Shown here one piece after another: positions 29,521 through 38,335 of a stretch of DNA of 57,325 nt (the stretch's first letter is position 1; each line of letters begins with the position of its first letter). Source of the DNA: a virus. Lineage: Duplodnaviria; Caudoviricetes. The position numbers and the translations under genes were made by a program. The DNA lies in the IMG/VR virus record IMGVR_UViG_3300023059_000235, positions 1-57,325 of that record; one strand, 5' to 3'. The notes under the pieces were generated by a model that did no database searches, had not been told where the DNA came from, and saw nothing but the letters and a program-made list of their open reading frames with translations.

Positions 29521-30640
29521 TTTTACCTAAACCTTTCATGAAGACATTTAACATGCCCTGATCAATAGCACCCGACTTATGCAATGCCTGAATTCTTTCA
29601 ATTTGACTGGCTCTAAAAGTTTCTGATTCAAAACGTTTGAGGGTTTTCAATTCGCGTTCTAAGAGCTTTTTCGCAACTTTATCTGCTCTACGCATCATTT
29701 CTTTTTCAGCATTTTGAATATTTGCTTTGATTGGTTTTACTGAACCACTCATCACATCTTTTATTTGTTCGTTAATCGAATTCTGTATCTGCTTATCGGT
29801 TTGCTTATATCGAGCACCAACTTGTTTCTGACGATCTTTCTCAACTTCCTTTTTAAGATATGCAATGCCTGATGGAGAACTAATCCACTTAACAACACGC
29901 AAGACATGCTTACAAGCTACACCAGACAAGTGCGGGTTACGTATTTTCGGGAAACCACCTTCATCTCGACCTAGGTTATAACCACCAATTGTTGCCATAT
30001 AGCGGTACCAGAAGGTATGACGTTCGCAATCACACTGAAATTTGATTTTGCCTTTAGCCAAGCGGTTTTTAACAGTGGTTAATGCTTGTTTATCTATATC
30101 AAAAACGACTGATTTAAAGTTTGAGAACTCAATTTCAACGTGATGGTTTAAAACTTTACTTTTAGGGCCCGCATTAGTGAGTAAATGCACTAAACCAGCT
30201 TTTCTACTTAGTGGTACCGCCAAATAGATTTGCTCATTTGCCCGATCGATATCATCTTGTCGGCTTAAATTAATGATGTTTTGAGGGGTAATACCTTTAC
30301 TATACTGATCTTTTAAAAGCTGAATGTTTTCTTGAAATGCCAATATATCGTCGCGTGTGATACGCCGTGGCACTTCACCGTTTTGCTGGCCTAACGTAGT
30401 AAAAAGAACCCTTTCAACATCATATTTTTCGCCTTGGGCAATATCTTGAGGCCGCAAAAACATAGGTTTTGGGATCTTTCGCCCCCAATCATCGTATTCA
30501 ATTTCTTTTTCAGCAAATGCCCGCTGTTCTCGATCTGCGCGTTGGCGACTCTGTTGATCTCTACGAACACCACCATTTTGCAAAGATTGATTTAATTGCA
30601 GCTGGGCACGGCGTAAATCGTCTGGCTTGAATGCTGACAT
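29510..30640 (-). CDS. SWIM zinc-finger tail morphogenesis protein (P1 gp25-like)
   Basis: KFQCDCERHTFWYRYMATIG..FPKIRNPHLSGVACKHVL. Confidence 0.7.
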   Translation of the reverse strand: MSAFKPDDLRRAQLQLNQSLQNGGVRRDQQSRQRADREQRAFAEKEIEYDDWGRKIPKPMFLRPQDIAQGEKYDVERVLFTTLGQQNGEVPRRITRDDILAFQENIQLLKDQYSKGITPQNIINLSRQDDIDRANEQIYLAVPLSRKAGLVHLLTNAGPKSKVLNHHVEIEFSNFKSVVFDIDKQALTTVKNRLAKGKIKFQCDCERHTFWYRYMATIGGYNLGRDEGGFPKIRNPHLSGVACKHVLRVVKWISSPSGIAYLKKEVEKDRQKQVGARYKQTDKQIQNSINEQIKDVMSGSVKPIKANIQNAEKEMMRRADKVAKKLLERELKTLKRFESETFRASQIERIQALHKSGAIDQGMLNVFMKGLGKNAK

Positions 30641-30641
30641 A

Positions 30642-30920
30642 TTAATTATCCTGCAAGTATTCTTTTTGAAGTCTTAAAAGATCAACAAGCCTTGGAAAGG
30701 CTACCTTTTGAAGAGGTAACTTTTCCCAAATGCCGTTCGCACCACAAGCCACAAGTACTGCATCAATTTGAGTTCTTGAACCATAAAGCTTGAAGCTTAG
30801 GAGAGATGGATCTTGAGCTTCATCTTCCTTAATCTCCCAAACGATTAGATTCTGAATATTATTTTGTTGTAAGTTACGATGTATTAAATCCCTGATGGCA
30901 TTTCGATAGTCATTAATCAT
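30642..30920 (-). CDS. LysM-like baseplate protein (P1 gp26-like)
   Basis: WEIKEDEAQDPSLLSFKLYGS..VLVACG..LP..VAFP. Confidence 0.6.
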   Translation of the reverse strand: MINDYRNAIRDLIHRNLQQNNIQNLIVWEIKEDEAQDPSLLSFKLYGSRTQIDAVLVACGANGIWEKLPLQKVAFPRLVDLLRLQKEYLQDN

Positions 30921-30924
30921 AAAA

Positions 30925-32637
30925 TCAACCTTTATCACTAATTGTCATGACACGAGCAAAGCCATTCGCACCCTTCGATCCAACCACATCAGTTTCAAAT
31001 CCACCTTTTGTTCCACCTGCCCCCCCTTCCCCAATAACAAAAGTCAATGTACGAATCGACAAAGTTTTATTTGTATATTTCACAGTCAAGCCAGAACCAG
31101 AAGCACCACCACCACCAAATGACCAACCTTCATCTCCAATACCATTTGCTCCATCACCACCTCGACCAAACATACCGATCAAACTTACGGGGTTACCACC
31201 ACTATGATTATCCCTAGCTGCATATCCATTCTCACCATCTAAAGTTTTAACTAATTGAATATTGCTATCTATTGGAGGTTTTGATGTTACAAAATGCCCA
31301 CCTTCACCATTTGTGTAAGAAGAACCATTACCCCAAACTCCTTGTGTCCCACCACTTCCACCAGATGCTTCAACAAGTAAAGTTCCTTCAAGTATTAATT
31401 TACTACTCCCTCCTACCAGTCCATCACAACTTGGATAACTTGCACTATTCGATTTGCGAGACGCACCGCCGCCGCCGCCTGCACCAATCAAGATTATTTC
31501 AACTGTTTCATTTGGTTGAATCGTAATGGTATATGTGCCTGGTAATGAGTAATCTTTATCAATTGTAACTCGTGGAGAATAGGTCGGTACTTCATAACCT
31601 TCATCAACTCGAACCCAAACATCAACGATTATTGATGGCTGGATAATATTATGGGCATATCCCTCACCACCGTTATGTACTGTTGCGCCTTTAGGAAATT
31701 GGGTTCCAGAACGGAAATTTCGATATGCTGTTAAAATTGCTCCTTCACCAGCAGCATCATCTCCGTGAACCCATGTTGTTAATTTCAATTGATTTTCTGC
31801 GCTAGGTAATTCTTTTAAAGAAAGCTGATGTTGATATTCACCAGCTATTGCTCCCAAGTGCTGCATCCATTCCGGTGCCAAAGTATTATTTGCGTCCGCT
31901 CTGGCAACTAAAGCATGCCCATTTCCAAAGCGCTTCCATTCTCCAAATTTTTTAAAAGCTCTAACCTCTTCAGAGTTTGCAAAAGCTTTTGTTGTGATAA
32001 ACAGTTCCCCTACAGAGATATCTTCAATAACACGGTTCTCTATGGTTTCAATTCGCTTTAATAAGCTGTCTAGAGCTAAACCTTTTGCATATTGAGGGTG
32101 TGGATCCTCATGTTTATTATGTTCCATCATGAACTTACGAATTAATACACCGTATTGTGGGTGTGGGTCTTCATCTGCGCTATGTTGGTTAATCAACATG
32201 ACAGCTATTGGTGTATTTGGATCAATCTTAATTGTTACTTTTTCTAAATTAACGTCAGTTAAAACAAATCCAAATGTTACGATTGCAACTACGTTAGCAT
32301 GTAAAGACATTATTGATTGAGCTGCAGTAGTTGAAGCCACGGCAAGTAATGTCCCATCTGATAGATAAATTCCCATCTCAAACACTTCCATTGTCAGAGT
32401 TGGTTCAATACTCATCACAAATCGTAAGGTCCCTGTTTCAGGATCAACACTACCTCCATTAAGAGTAAATCTGGCTAATTCATTTTTAAGAGAAGTTAAT
32501 TTTTTTGCTTCTACTGATGCATCAAATTTGCTGGTACCAACAGCAAGATGAGTTAATTCCCCACCAAAACTAGCGACATCACCTACTTTATTTAATGCAT
32601 TCCGACCTGCGTCAGTTAAAAAGAAGTTAATAGCCAT
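30925..32637 (-). CDS. Tail fibre protein (baseplate-attachment N-terminus, collar-like domain, Gly-rich C-terminal domain)
   Basis: FFLTDAGRNAL..THLAVG..EMGIYLSDGTLLAV; two EDPHPQY repeats; HNIIQPS; GAGGGGG..GGGGASG Gly-rich domain. Confidence 0.8.
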   Translation of the reverse strand: MAINFFLTDAGRNALNKVGDVASFGGELTHLAVGTSKFDASVEAKKLTSLKNELARFTLNGGSVDPETGTLRFVMSIEPTLTMEVFEMGIYLSDGTLLAVASTTAAQSIMSLHANVVAIVTFGFVLTDVNLEKVTIKIDPNTPIAVMLINQHSADEDPHPQYGVLIRKFMMEHNKHEDPHPQYAKGLALDSLLKRIETIENRVIEDISVGELFITTKAFANSEEVRAFKKFGEWKRFGNGHALVARADANNTLAPEWMQHLGAIAGEYQHQLSLKELPSAENQLKLTTWVHGDDAAGEGAILTAYRNFRSGTQFPKGATVHNGGEGYAHNIIQPSIIVDVWVRVDEGYEVPTYSPRVTIDKDYSLPGTYTITIQPNETVEIILIGAGGGGGASRKSNSASYPSCDGLVGGSSKLILEGTLLVEASGGSGGTQGVWGNGSSYTNGEGGHFVTSKPPIDSNIQLVKTLDGENGYAARDNHSGGNPVSLIGMFGRGGDGANGIGDEGWSFGGGGASGSGLTVKYTNKTLSIRTLTFVIGEGGAGGTKGGFETDVVGSKGANGFARVMTISDKG

Positions 32638-32663
32638 AACTCACCCATATGATTTATTGATCT

Positions 32664-32704
32664 ATGGTAGTTATGGCAAATAAGTAACTTAGGGGTCAGT
32701 TCCA
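32664..32704 (-). promoter_or_regulatory. Putative late promoter TGGAAC-N29-TACCAT (tail-fibre operon)
   Basis: gttcca at 32699-32704, atggta at 32664-32669. Confidence 0.75.
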
Positions 32705-32709
32705 CTAAA

Positions 32710-34701
32710 TTAATCATTTTCATTTTCAGCCGCTTCTCTTAAAGCACTGAATCTTGACTTACGTTCTGCCTGTTCACGGCCTTCTGGCGTATCATCTGTA
32801 ACATTTGCTGTTTCATAAGCCTCTGTGTAGTGAACGTTCTCAAGGAATAAGAAAGCAAATGCATCACCCAAATCGGGCGACTTAATTCCCATTCTCTTCA
32901 TTTCATCTTTACTCAAAATTTTGTACCGAGCAAAGTCATCAAAGCGATAAGGAATGTGAATCAACTGATCTTTAATTTTTACATGATGCTTTTTAGTTTT
33001 CACCTTGAAACGGCCACTTACGACTGCTCGAGCAAATCCAACATATGCCAAAGAACGCTTATTAGTAAATTCTTTACGGTTATCATTACTAAAGCATTGT
33101 GATCCCCAATAAACAGGAACATAGAAAATACCTTGCTTTTTAAGATACTGACCAAGACCTTTACCAGCGCCGTTATCATCAACGACTAAGTTTGCATTTG
33201 GATATTGTAAAAGTAGCTCATTAATTTTTGCGAACAGCTCAAGAATATCGTCTCTATTTTTACATAGAGGTATATCTATAACTTCAACACGGCGGGCCCT
33301 TTCACCCCATTGTGCCTCACCCCATACTTTACTCACGGCAATAACTGAGTCATCTCGTCCAACACCACCACCAACGTCAACAGTAATGACATATCCGAAT
33401 TGGTGTTCATCAAAAATACTCGCGCCTACATACATTTCTTCTGTCTGACGCTTAGTAATTAAGAACTCATCCGATAAATCTGGGAATTCACCAAGTACAC
33501 GGATCTTGTACTGAGCATCGTCCCTACTACCGTACTTTTGCCGTTGTTCTTCTAAAGATTGCTTACTAACAAGTGGTGACTCTTCCCCGTTAAATGTGAG
33601 AGCAATCCAAACGCCACCAGCTCGATGACTTAATTTGTGATGAGTCTCATAGAACATACCCGCGTTACGGGTAGGCTGAGACGTCATTACTGCGCGGTTG
33701 TCTTCGTGGGTTAAGGCACCAAACGCTACATCAAGTACAGCATCATCTACACCGCTGGCCTCATCGACCCAGACCATGTAGTTATCGCCGTGGTTACCAG
33801 CTAAGTTTGTTGGTTGATGCTTTGGTGCTGTCTTCGCAAAGACATACCATTTTTCTTTGTAGCCTTTGATATAAACGAGTTCAGACTGATACCCGACATA
33901 ATCAGCAAGCCATGCCAAAGGCCCTTGCTTCAATCGTGCTAGATTGATACTGATTTCTTTCCATACTTGTTTCTTTAGCTGCCCGATCTGCGGGGCAGTA
34001 AACATCATGATGGATTCATCAAAAAACAAGAGATGCCATAAGGCAACGATACCAGCACTGGCAGTTTTACCAGTGTTATGTAGTACTAAGTCATCTTCAC
34101 CTAAGAAAAATGGATCTGGATCGAGTACAAAACCGTAATATTTACCTTCCCCAAGCTCGGTAACCGATATGATTTTTAAAGGCTCATGTTCCCCATCAAC
34201 CAGCCGATAAGATGCAAATTGCTCTTTATTTTCTGGCTTTAGGTTCATGTATTGAGAAACAAGCAATTCAATCTTGTCGCCCTTTGACCAGCCGTTACCA
34301 TCGTATAAAGATATTAAACAAAGGATGTGTGATTTATTGAATGTATGAGCTTTACCGTTCTCATATTCAAACCGGTACATTTCCTGATAACCGGTTACTG
34401 TTTTAATTACATCTAGTTCTGTCTTACCATCTGCAGCAAGGATCTTATGATTTAAATTAATACGCTCAACTGGGATAAATTCCCCATTGGCTAATTTGAT
34501 TAATGTCCCTTTGCCAAAACAACCGTGACCAGATGCTACTGATGTACGGCTACCATCAAATGCAATAGATTCAAAAAGTAATTCCTGTTGCCATGTGGGT
34601 TCGACACCTAATGCTTCTACGGCGAAAGCATAGATGTCGTATCGATAACGTTCACAAAGTTCCCACCATTCGGGAATTTCTTTTAATGGTGCTAAAGCCA
34701 T
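32710..34701 (-). CDS. terL: Terminase large subunit (P1 PacB-like) containing an intein
   Basis: Walker A SGHG/TGKT interrupted; Walker B VWVDEASG; TSQPTR; nuclease VDVGGG.GRD; KSPDLGDA. Confidence 0.92.
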   Translation of the reverse strand: MALAPLKEIPEWWELCERYRYDIYAFAVEALGVEPTWQQELLFESIAFDGSRTSVASGHGCFGKGTLIKLANGEFIPVERINLNHKILAADGKTELDVIKTVTGYQEMYRFEYENGKAHTFNKSHILCLISLYDGNGWSKGDKIELLVSQYMNLKPENKEQFASYRLVDGEHEPLKIISVTELGEGKYYGFVLDPDPFFLGEDDLVLHNTGKTASAGIVALWHLLFFDESIMMFTAPQIGQLKKQVWKEISINLARLKQGPLAWLADYVGYQSELVYIKGYKEKWYVFAKTAPKHQPTNLAGNHGDNYMVWVDEASGVDDAVLDVAFGALTHEDNRAVMTSQPTRNAGMFYETHHKLSHRAGGVWIALTFNGEESPLVSKQSLEEQRQKYGSRDDAQYKIRVLGEFPDLSDEFLITKRQTEEMYVGASIFDEHQFGYVITVDVGGGVGRDDSVIAVSKVWGEAQWGERARRVEVIDIPLCKNRDDILELFAKINELLLQYPNANLVVDDNGAGKGLGQYLKKQGIFYVPVYWGSQCFSNDNRKEFTNKRSLAYVGFARAVVSGRFKVKTKKHHVKIKDQLIHIPYRFDDFARYKILSKDEMKRMGIKSPDLGDAFAFLFLENVHYTEAYETANVTDDTPEGREQAERKSRFSALREAAENEND
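34075..34521 (-). mobile_element. 149-aa mini-intein in the terL Walker A motif
   Basis: Starts CFGKGT (Cys1), block B TFNKSHIL, block F YYGF, ends LVLHN followed by Thr+1; no homing endonuclease. Confidence 0.92.
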
Positions 34702-34723
34702 ACCGTAAAAACACCATTAATAA

Positions 34724-35236
34724 TTAAAAGAATGAGAAAGGAAGCATTGTTGGATCTACAGCATCTTCTTCAAATTGATTCCCTTCAGTAATTGAATGGC
34801 CCTTAGCAATTTTGGTACTTGCCCAAACAGCTAACAGAATTGCGATATGACCGTTGTTTAAACTGCTGCTATCAAACTCCTGTTGAAGTCCGTTTTTATC
34901 AACCTTACGGATTTCAAGTACGTTCTTAGGGTTGTACTGATTTAGCTTCGGCTCAATTTCAATTAACTTTGCTCTGTAACGTGCTTGGTAAATTGAAATC
35001 ACTTCTTCTAAGTGCTCTTTGGCATTAAAACTTAACTGCCAGTTTTGTACTTGATCTGGTGAATCTGTTACTACGACCGTTTGATCTCTTAAATCACTTG
35101 GTACTGGTAGATTTGAATAAACGGCTGTTTTTTGAATAACAAGCTCACCAGTATCCGCAAATGCGGCTCCAATGAGACGAATCGGTTGATCAGAAAACCC
35201 AGCAACACGGCTGTCAATACGAATAATTCCAGACAT
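34724..35236 (-). CDS. Hypothetical protein, P1 PdcB-like
   Basis: Likely start MSGIIRID (AAGGA SD); C-terminal DKNG..LNNGHIAILLAVWA recalls PdcB. Confidence 0.45.
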   Translation of the reverse strand: MSGIIRIDSRVAGFSDQPIRLIGAAFADTGELVIQKTAVYSNLPVPSDLRDQTVVVTDSPDQVQNWQLSFNAKEHLEEVISIYQARYRAKLIEIEPKLNQYNPKNVLEIRKVDKNGLQQEFDSSSLNNGHIAILLAVWASTKIAKGHSITEGNQFEEDAVDPTMLPFSFF

Positions 35237-35247
35237 TGCATGTATCC

Positions 35248-35448
35248 TTAGCTCCGTTTGCGTTCTATCTTGGTTTGGCATTCAATGCAGAATTTCACGC
35301 CACCGAGTGCACGGCGGCGGTCTGGTATTTCCTCACCACATTCAACACATTCTTTTTCAGATTCGCCTTCAAAACGGCAACGATTAGCAATCTCTTGCTG
35401 TAGTAAATATTCGGAACTTTCTTGTGCCTTATCGATTAAGTCAGTCAT
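35248..35448 (-). CDS. TraR/DksA C4 zinc-finger protein
   Basis: DLIDKA (DxxDxA) and CVECGEEIPDRRRAL..CIECQ. Confidence 0.9.
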   Translation of the reverse strand: MTDLIDKAQESSEYLLQQEIANRCRFEGESEKECVECGEEIPDRRRALGGVKFCIECQTKIERKRS

Positions 35449-36244
35449 CTATACGCTCAACTGTAATTTCACCTGTTTCTCTGTCACCCTTCACACGTTG
35501 ATGGTCGAGTGGCGTGTATTGATCAGCTTGCACTACAACTTTGTCGTTGATTGCGGGCTGTTCCACAGCTGAGCCGTCAGGTTCATAGCCATTACCCGTG
35601 TTTTGGTCGAAAGGACCACCGAAACCGATAACGTTAGGTGTGTAACCCACAAGCTGAATATCTACAGTTGAGATAGAAAGATTGATTGCTTCACTTGGAA
35701 CTGGTGAGGGAAATAGTTCATTTTCAAAAACAGTGAATGTTGAATTAACGACATGATCATTCCATTGCTGAAATGGCACATTGAAACGGCGGTTATCATT
35801 ACTAGACATGTACGCACAAAACTGCCCAATGACTGACCGCAAGTCATTGGGATTGGTGGCAAAGAATGCTATTTGAGCACGTACAGTTGTTGGTACCAGA
35901 CGAACATTTACCCGCTTCTCATCAATTACCGTTTCAATGAAATCAGGCACTGGTAGTAATTGATTTACATCTGGCGGCTGATCTGTTGAAGCTGTTGCAG
36001 TGAGCATGATTGGTAAAAGAACTTTTGAGTTTTCACCGTGTGTTTGGCTTTTTCTATATTCAGAAAGCATTGCTTCTGAATCATCCATCATCCGTGACGG
36101 GCATGCTTTAATAGCACCGCCAATGGCTCTCAATTTCCAGTCAGCTGTTAATTGTGTCTCTGGCTGATACCAAGCACGGAAATTAACAAGCTGCTTATAC
36201 CAAGCGTTTTGAATGCTTTTAAGCGAATCATTGGGGTAATTCAT
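35441..36244 (-). CDS. Tail completion/terminator-like protein (P1 gp24-like)
   Basis: LLPIML..VRAQIAFFA..FCAYM pattern; located in the protease-terL operon. Confidence 0.45.
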   Translation of the reverse strand: MNYPNDSLKSIQNAWYKQLVNFRAWYQPETQLTADWKLRAIGGAIKACPSRMMDDSEAMLSEYRKSQTHGENSKVLLPIMLTATASTDQPPDVNQLLPVPDFIETVIDEKRVNVRLVPTTVRAQIAFFATNPNDLRSVIGQFCAYMSSNDNRRFNVPFQQWNDHVVNSTFTVFENELFPSPVPSEAINLSISTVDIQLVGYTPNVIGFGGPFDQNTGNGYEPDGSAVEQPAINDKVVVQADQYTPLDHQRVKGDRETGEITVERIDD

Positions 36245-36246
36245 TT

Positions 36247-37152
36247 TTAACCCCATACACTAAAGATACTACCAAAAGACTTTTTCGGCTTTTTAGCTTT
36301 CTCTTTTACGTTTGGCTTGTCCAAACCTTGAATAATTAGTTCAGCTTCTTGTTGTACTGAATCAAAACTCTTCACAGGATGTACCATCCCCGTATAGAGT
36401 TCATTTTTTCGTTCTTCTCTAAGTTGTTGTACGCGTTTTTGCTTTTCAACTACTTCTGATAGTTCACCTACGAGCCCCTGAGCATTACCCAACTCATTTA
36501 AAAGGTGAATCTGACTATTGATATTGTCGTATGTCTGTAAGATTTGATCATCGAGCAATTGGGCAATAACAATTTCAGAAGGTGACAACTGTGAAATGTC
36601 TGTTGCGCTATCAAAACAAGAAATTGTGCCTTCTGGTTCTTCAGGAACAAACAAATCATCAAATAACTGACCATCTCCGACATTACTTGCATAGTTAGGT
36701 TGTGCAACATAGTCAAAGCCAAAAAAGCCCGTTGGAATGAGACGACCACCAATCCTTTTGTAATTTACTGATGTACTAAAGCCACCTGCTTGAGCCTGAT
36801 ATTGTTGTAAAGCAAATTCACCAGCTTCATTTCCATAAAACTCTTCCTGATGCTCTACTGTTCCGTCTTTCGAGGCATGTAATTTAATAGTTTTAAATGC
36901 TCGTGCAAGATATACCAACTTCCCTTTTATGAGTACTGTTTCAGGAGGCACCATGCCATACCGCTGTCTGATGTGATGGCCGTTAAATCCTTGTAATGAG
37001 TTAGTAGCAACCATTTCTTGAACATAGTCGCTATTAATCAAGTTGATCATTGCATCAACATCGACATTACTTCGATCAACACCGGTATATTTACGGCACC
37101 GATCATGTAGGTTGTAAGAGAGAACTTTAGTCTTTCTATTTTTGCTAGCCAT
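36247..37152 (-). CDS. Prohead (head-processing) protease, P1 Pro-like
   Basis: GFNGH..R..PET, DGTVEHQEE, AGGFS (likely catalytic Ser) and FFGFDYVAQPNY match P1 Pro motifs. Confidence 0.8.
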   Translation of the reverse strand: MASKNRKTKVLSYNLHDRCRKYTGVDRSNVDVDAMINLINSDYVQEMVATNSLQGFNGHHIRQRYGMVPPETVLIKGKLVYLARAFKTIKLHASKDGTVEHQEEFYGNEAGEFALQQYQAQAGGFSTSVNYKRIGGRLIPTGFFGFDYVAQPNYASNVGDGQLFDDLFVPEEPEGTISCFDSATDISQLSPSEIVIAQLLDDQILQTYDNINSQIHLLNELGNAQGLVGELSEVVEKQKRVQQLREERKNELYTGMVHPVKSFDSVQQEAELIIQGLDKPNVKEKAKKPKKSFGSIFSVWG

Positions 37153-37181
37153 AAAAAAGCCCCAATGCTGTGATTGAGGCT

Positions 37182-37222
37182 ATTGTTTCAGTTGTTCTAT
37201 AGTCGAAATTTAATCAGTTCCA
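37182..37222 (-). promoter_or_regulatory. Putative late promoter TGGAAC-N29-AACAAT (protease-terL operon)
   Basis: gttcca at 37217-37222, attgtt at 37182-37187. Confidence 0.7.
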
Positions 37223-37224
37223 GT

Positions 37225-37452
37225 TCAAATCTTTTGATCAAACTCAATCAATTCCAAGAGTTTGTCATGTTGTTTATCTTCAACAGTTGCATCAAAGATG
37301 TATCCACTTTTAAGGGAGATAAAAACATCATAAAAGCTCTCATAAGTCATACTACCTCTATGGTCACTTTTGGTGACTTGTAGACAATCCATTTGAGATA
37401 AGTCAATTACTTGTGAGCAACCACGCTTTCGACAAAAAATACTTAATCGCAT
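37225..37452 (-). CDS. Hypothetical 75-aa protein
   Basis: ORF 11 nt downstream of the tad1-like gene; GGTG SD. Confidence 0.6.
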   Translation of the reverse strand: MRLSIFCRKRGCSQVIDLSQMDCLQVTKSDHRGSMTYESFYDVFISLKSGYIFDATVEDKQHDKLLELIEFDQKI

Positions 37453-37463
37453 ACTTCACCCAA

Positions 37464-37922
37464 TTACTTTTCAAGTGTGCCTTCAACACCACGAGCACGG
37501 CGCTCTGCAGTACGCTTATTAAATTCTTCTAGCGCACTTTCCATATAAATAATGGCTTGTTTATTGAATTCGCTTGGGAATTTTTCATCTAAAGTTTTAG
37601 TACGGTGAATAAGCACTTTTAACAATGCTTCACTAGTAACTCCATTCACCCCAAGTTCAGGAATTGGGCCATCCTGAAAATGAAGACTGATTTCAAAATC
37701 TTTTGCGTTCTGAGTTTCTGGATTAGCTGAAATCTTATAGTAATGGCCCTGAGCATAAGCTGTAATGCCTTCAACCACATCCCCATTAACAACTTTTTCA
37801 ATTTCTTGTGGTTCTAATTCTCGGTTTGCGTAACCTAAGAAATGATCAATTAATAGGTTTTCTCCTTGATCATTGATTGGTTCTGCGATTCCTACTAAAA
37901 CATTGTCTTGAGCTTGATGCAT
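37464..37922 (-). CDS. tad1: Tad1-like anti-Thoeris/anti-CBASS signal-sponge protein
   Basis: HYY..LHFQDGPIPELGVNGVTSEALL..LIHR..FP..N..AI..ESAL..KRTAERRARGVEGT matches the Tad1 signature (FQ.GP..E.G.NG...E.L..R...N..AI...R..R..GIEGT). Confidence 0.85.
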   Translation of the reverse strand: MHQAQDNVLVGIAEPINDQGENLLIDHFLGYANRELEPQEIEKVVNGDVVEGITAYAQGHYYKISANPETQNAKDFEISLHFQDGPIPELGVNGVTSEALLKVLIHRTKTLDEKFPSEFNKQAIIYMESALEEFNKRTAERRARGVEGTLEK

Positions 37923-37951
37923 ATAAAAAAAGTCCTGAACTAATGAACAGG

Positions 37952-37995
37952 ACTATGAAATCATTTTGTATTTGAGCGCTAACTCAACAGTTCCA
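37952..37995 (-). promoter_or_regulatory. Variant late-type promoter (TGGAAC-N32-CATAGT) upstream of tad1
   Basis: gttcca at 37990-37995; best -10 at 37952-37957, spacing off by 3. Confidence 0.45.
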
Positions 37996-38006
37996 AAATA
38001 TAATTT

Positions 38007-38330
38007 TTAATCAGAGTATTCATACTTTAATAATTTCCCAGATTCATCCTTAAATATATTAAGAAATATAACTTGGCTATGATTTTTTGTCTGAATACGG
38101 ATTTTATAATGGTTATGAGCAGGTAAACTGGGCGAACCAGAAAACCTACCTTTAGACACAATACTATAGCTTTCAACCTCTCCGTAATCATTCTTTAATT
38201 TAGTGTCATCAGAAAGTATTTTTTCTATATATTTAGTATCCTCATCACTTTTCATTGCTTTATCTAGCACGGGCTCAACTAGTAGTGCAATTAATAAACC
38301 TATTACAGCGAAAATAATAAATTTTTTCAT
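38007..38330 (-). CDS. Putative Rhs immunity protein (N-terminal membrane anchor/signal)
   Basis: Starts 5 nt after the Rhs stop; MKKFIIFAVIGLLIALLV. Confidence 0.65.
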   Translation of the reverse strand: MKKFIIFAVIGLLIALLVEPVLDKAMKSDEDTKYIEKILSDDTKLKNDYGEVESYSIVSKGRFSGSPSLPAHNHYKIRIQTKNHSQVIFLNIFKDESGKLLKYEYSD

Positions 38331-38335
38331 GATAA

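Noticed and set aside
30925-32637. P1-type invertible tail-fibre (cin/cix) or DGR diversification
   Set aside because: No invertase, inverted fibre copies, reverse transcriptase or TR/VR pair is visible in the window.
32682-32690. Exact P1 Lpa box (AAGTTACTT on the minus strand) in the tail-fibre promoter
   Set aside because: Single occurrence, centred near -29 rather than -22, and absent from the other late promoters; probably chance.
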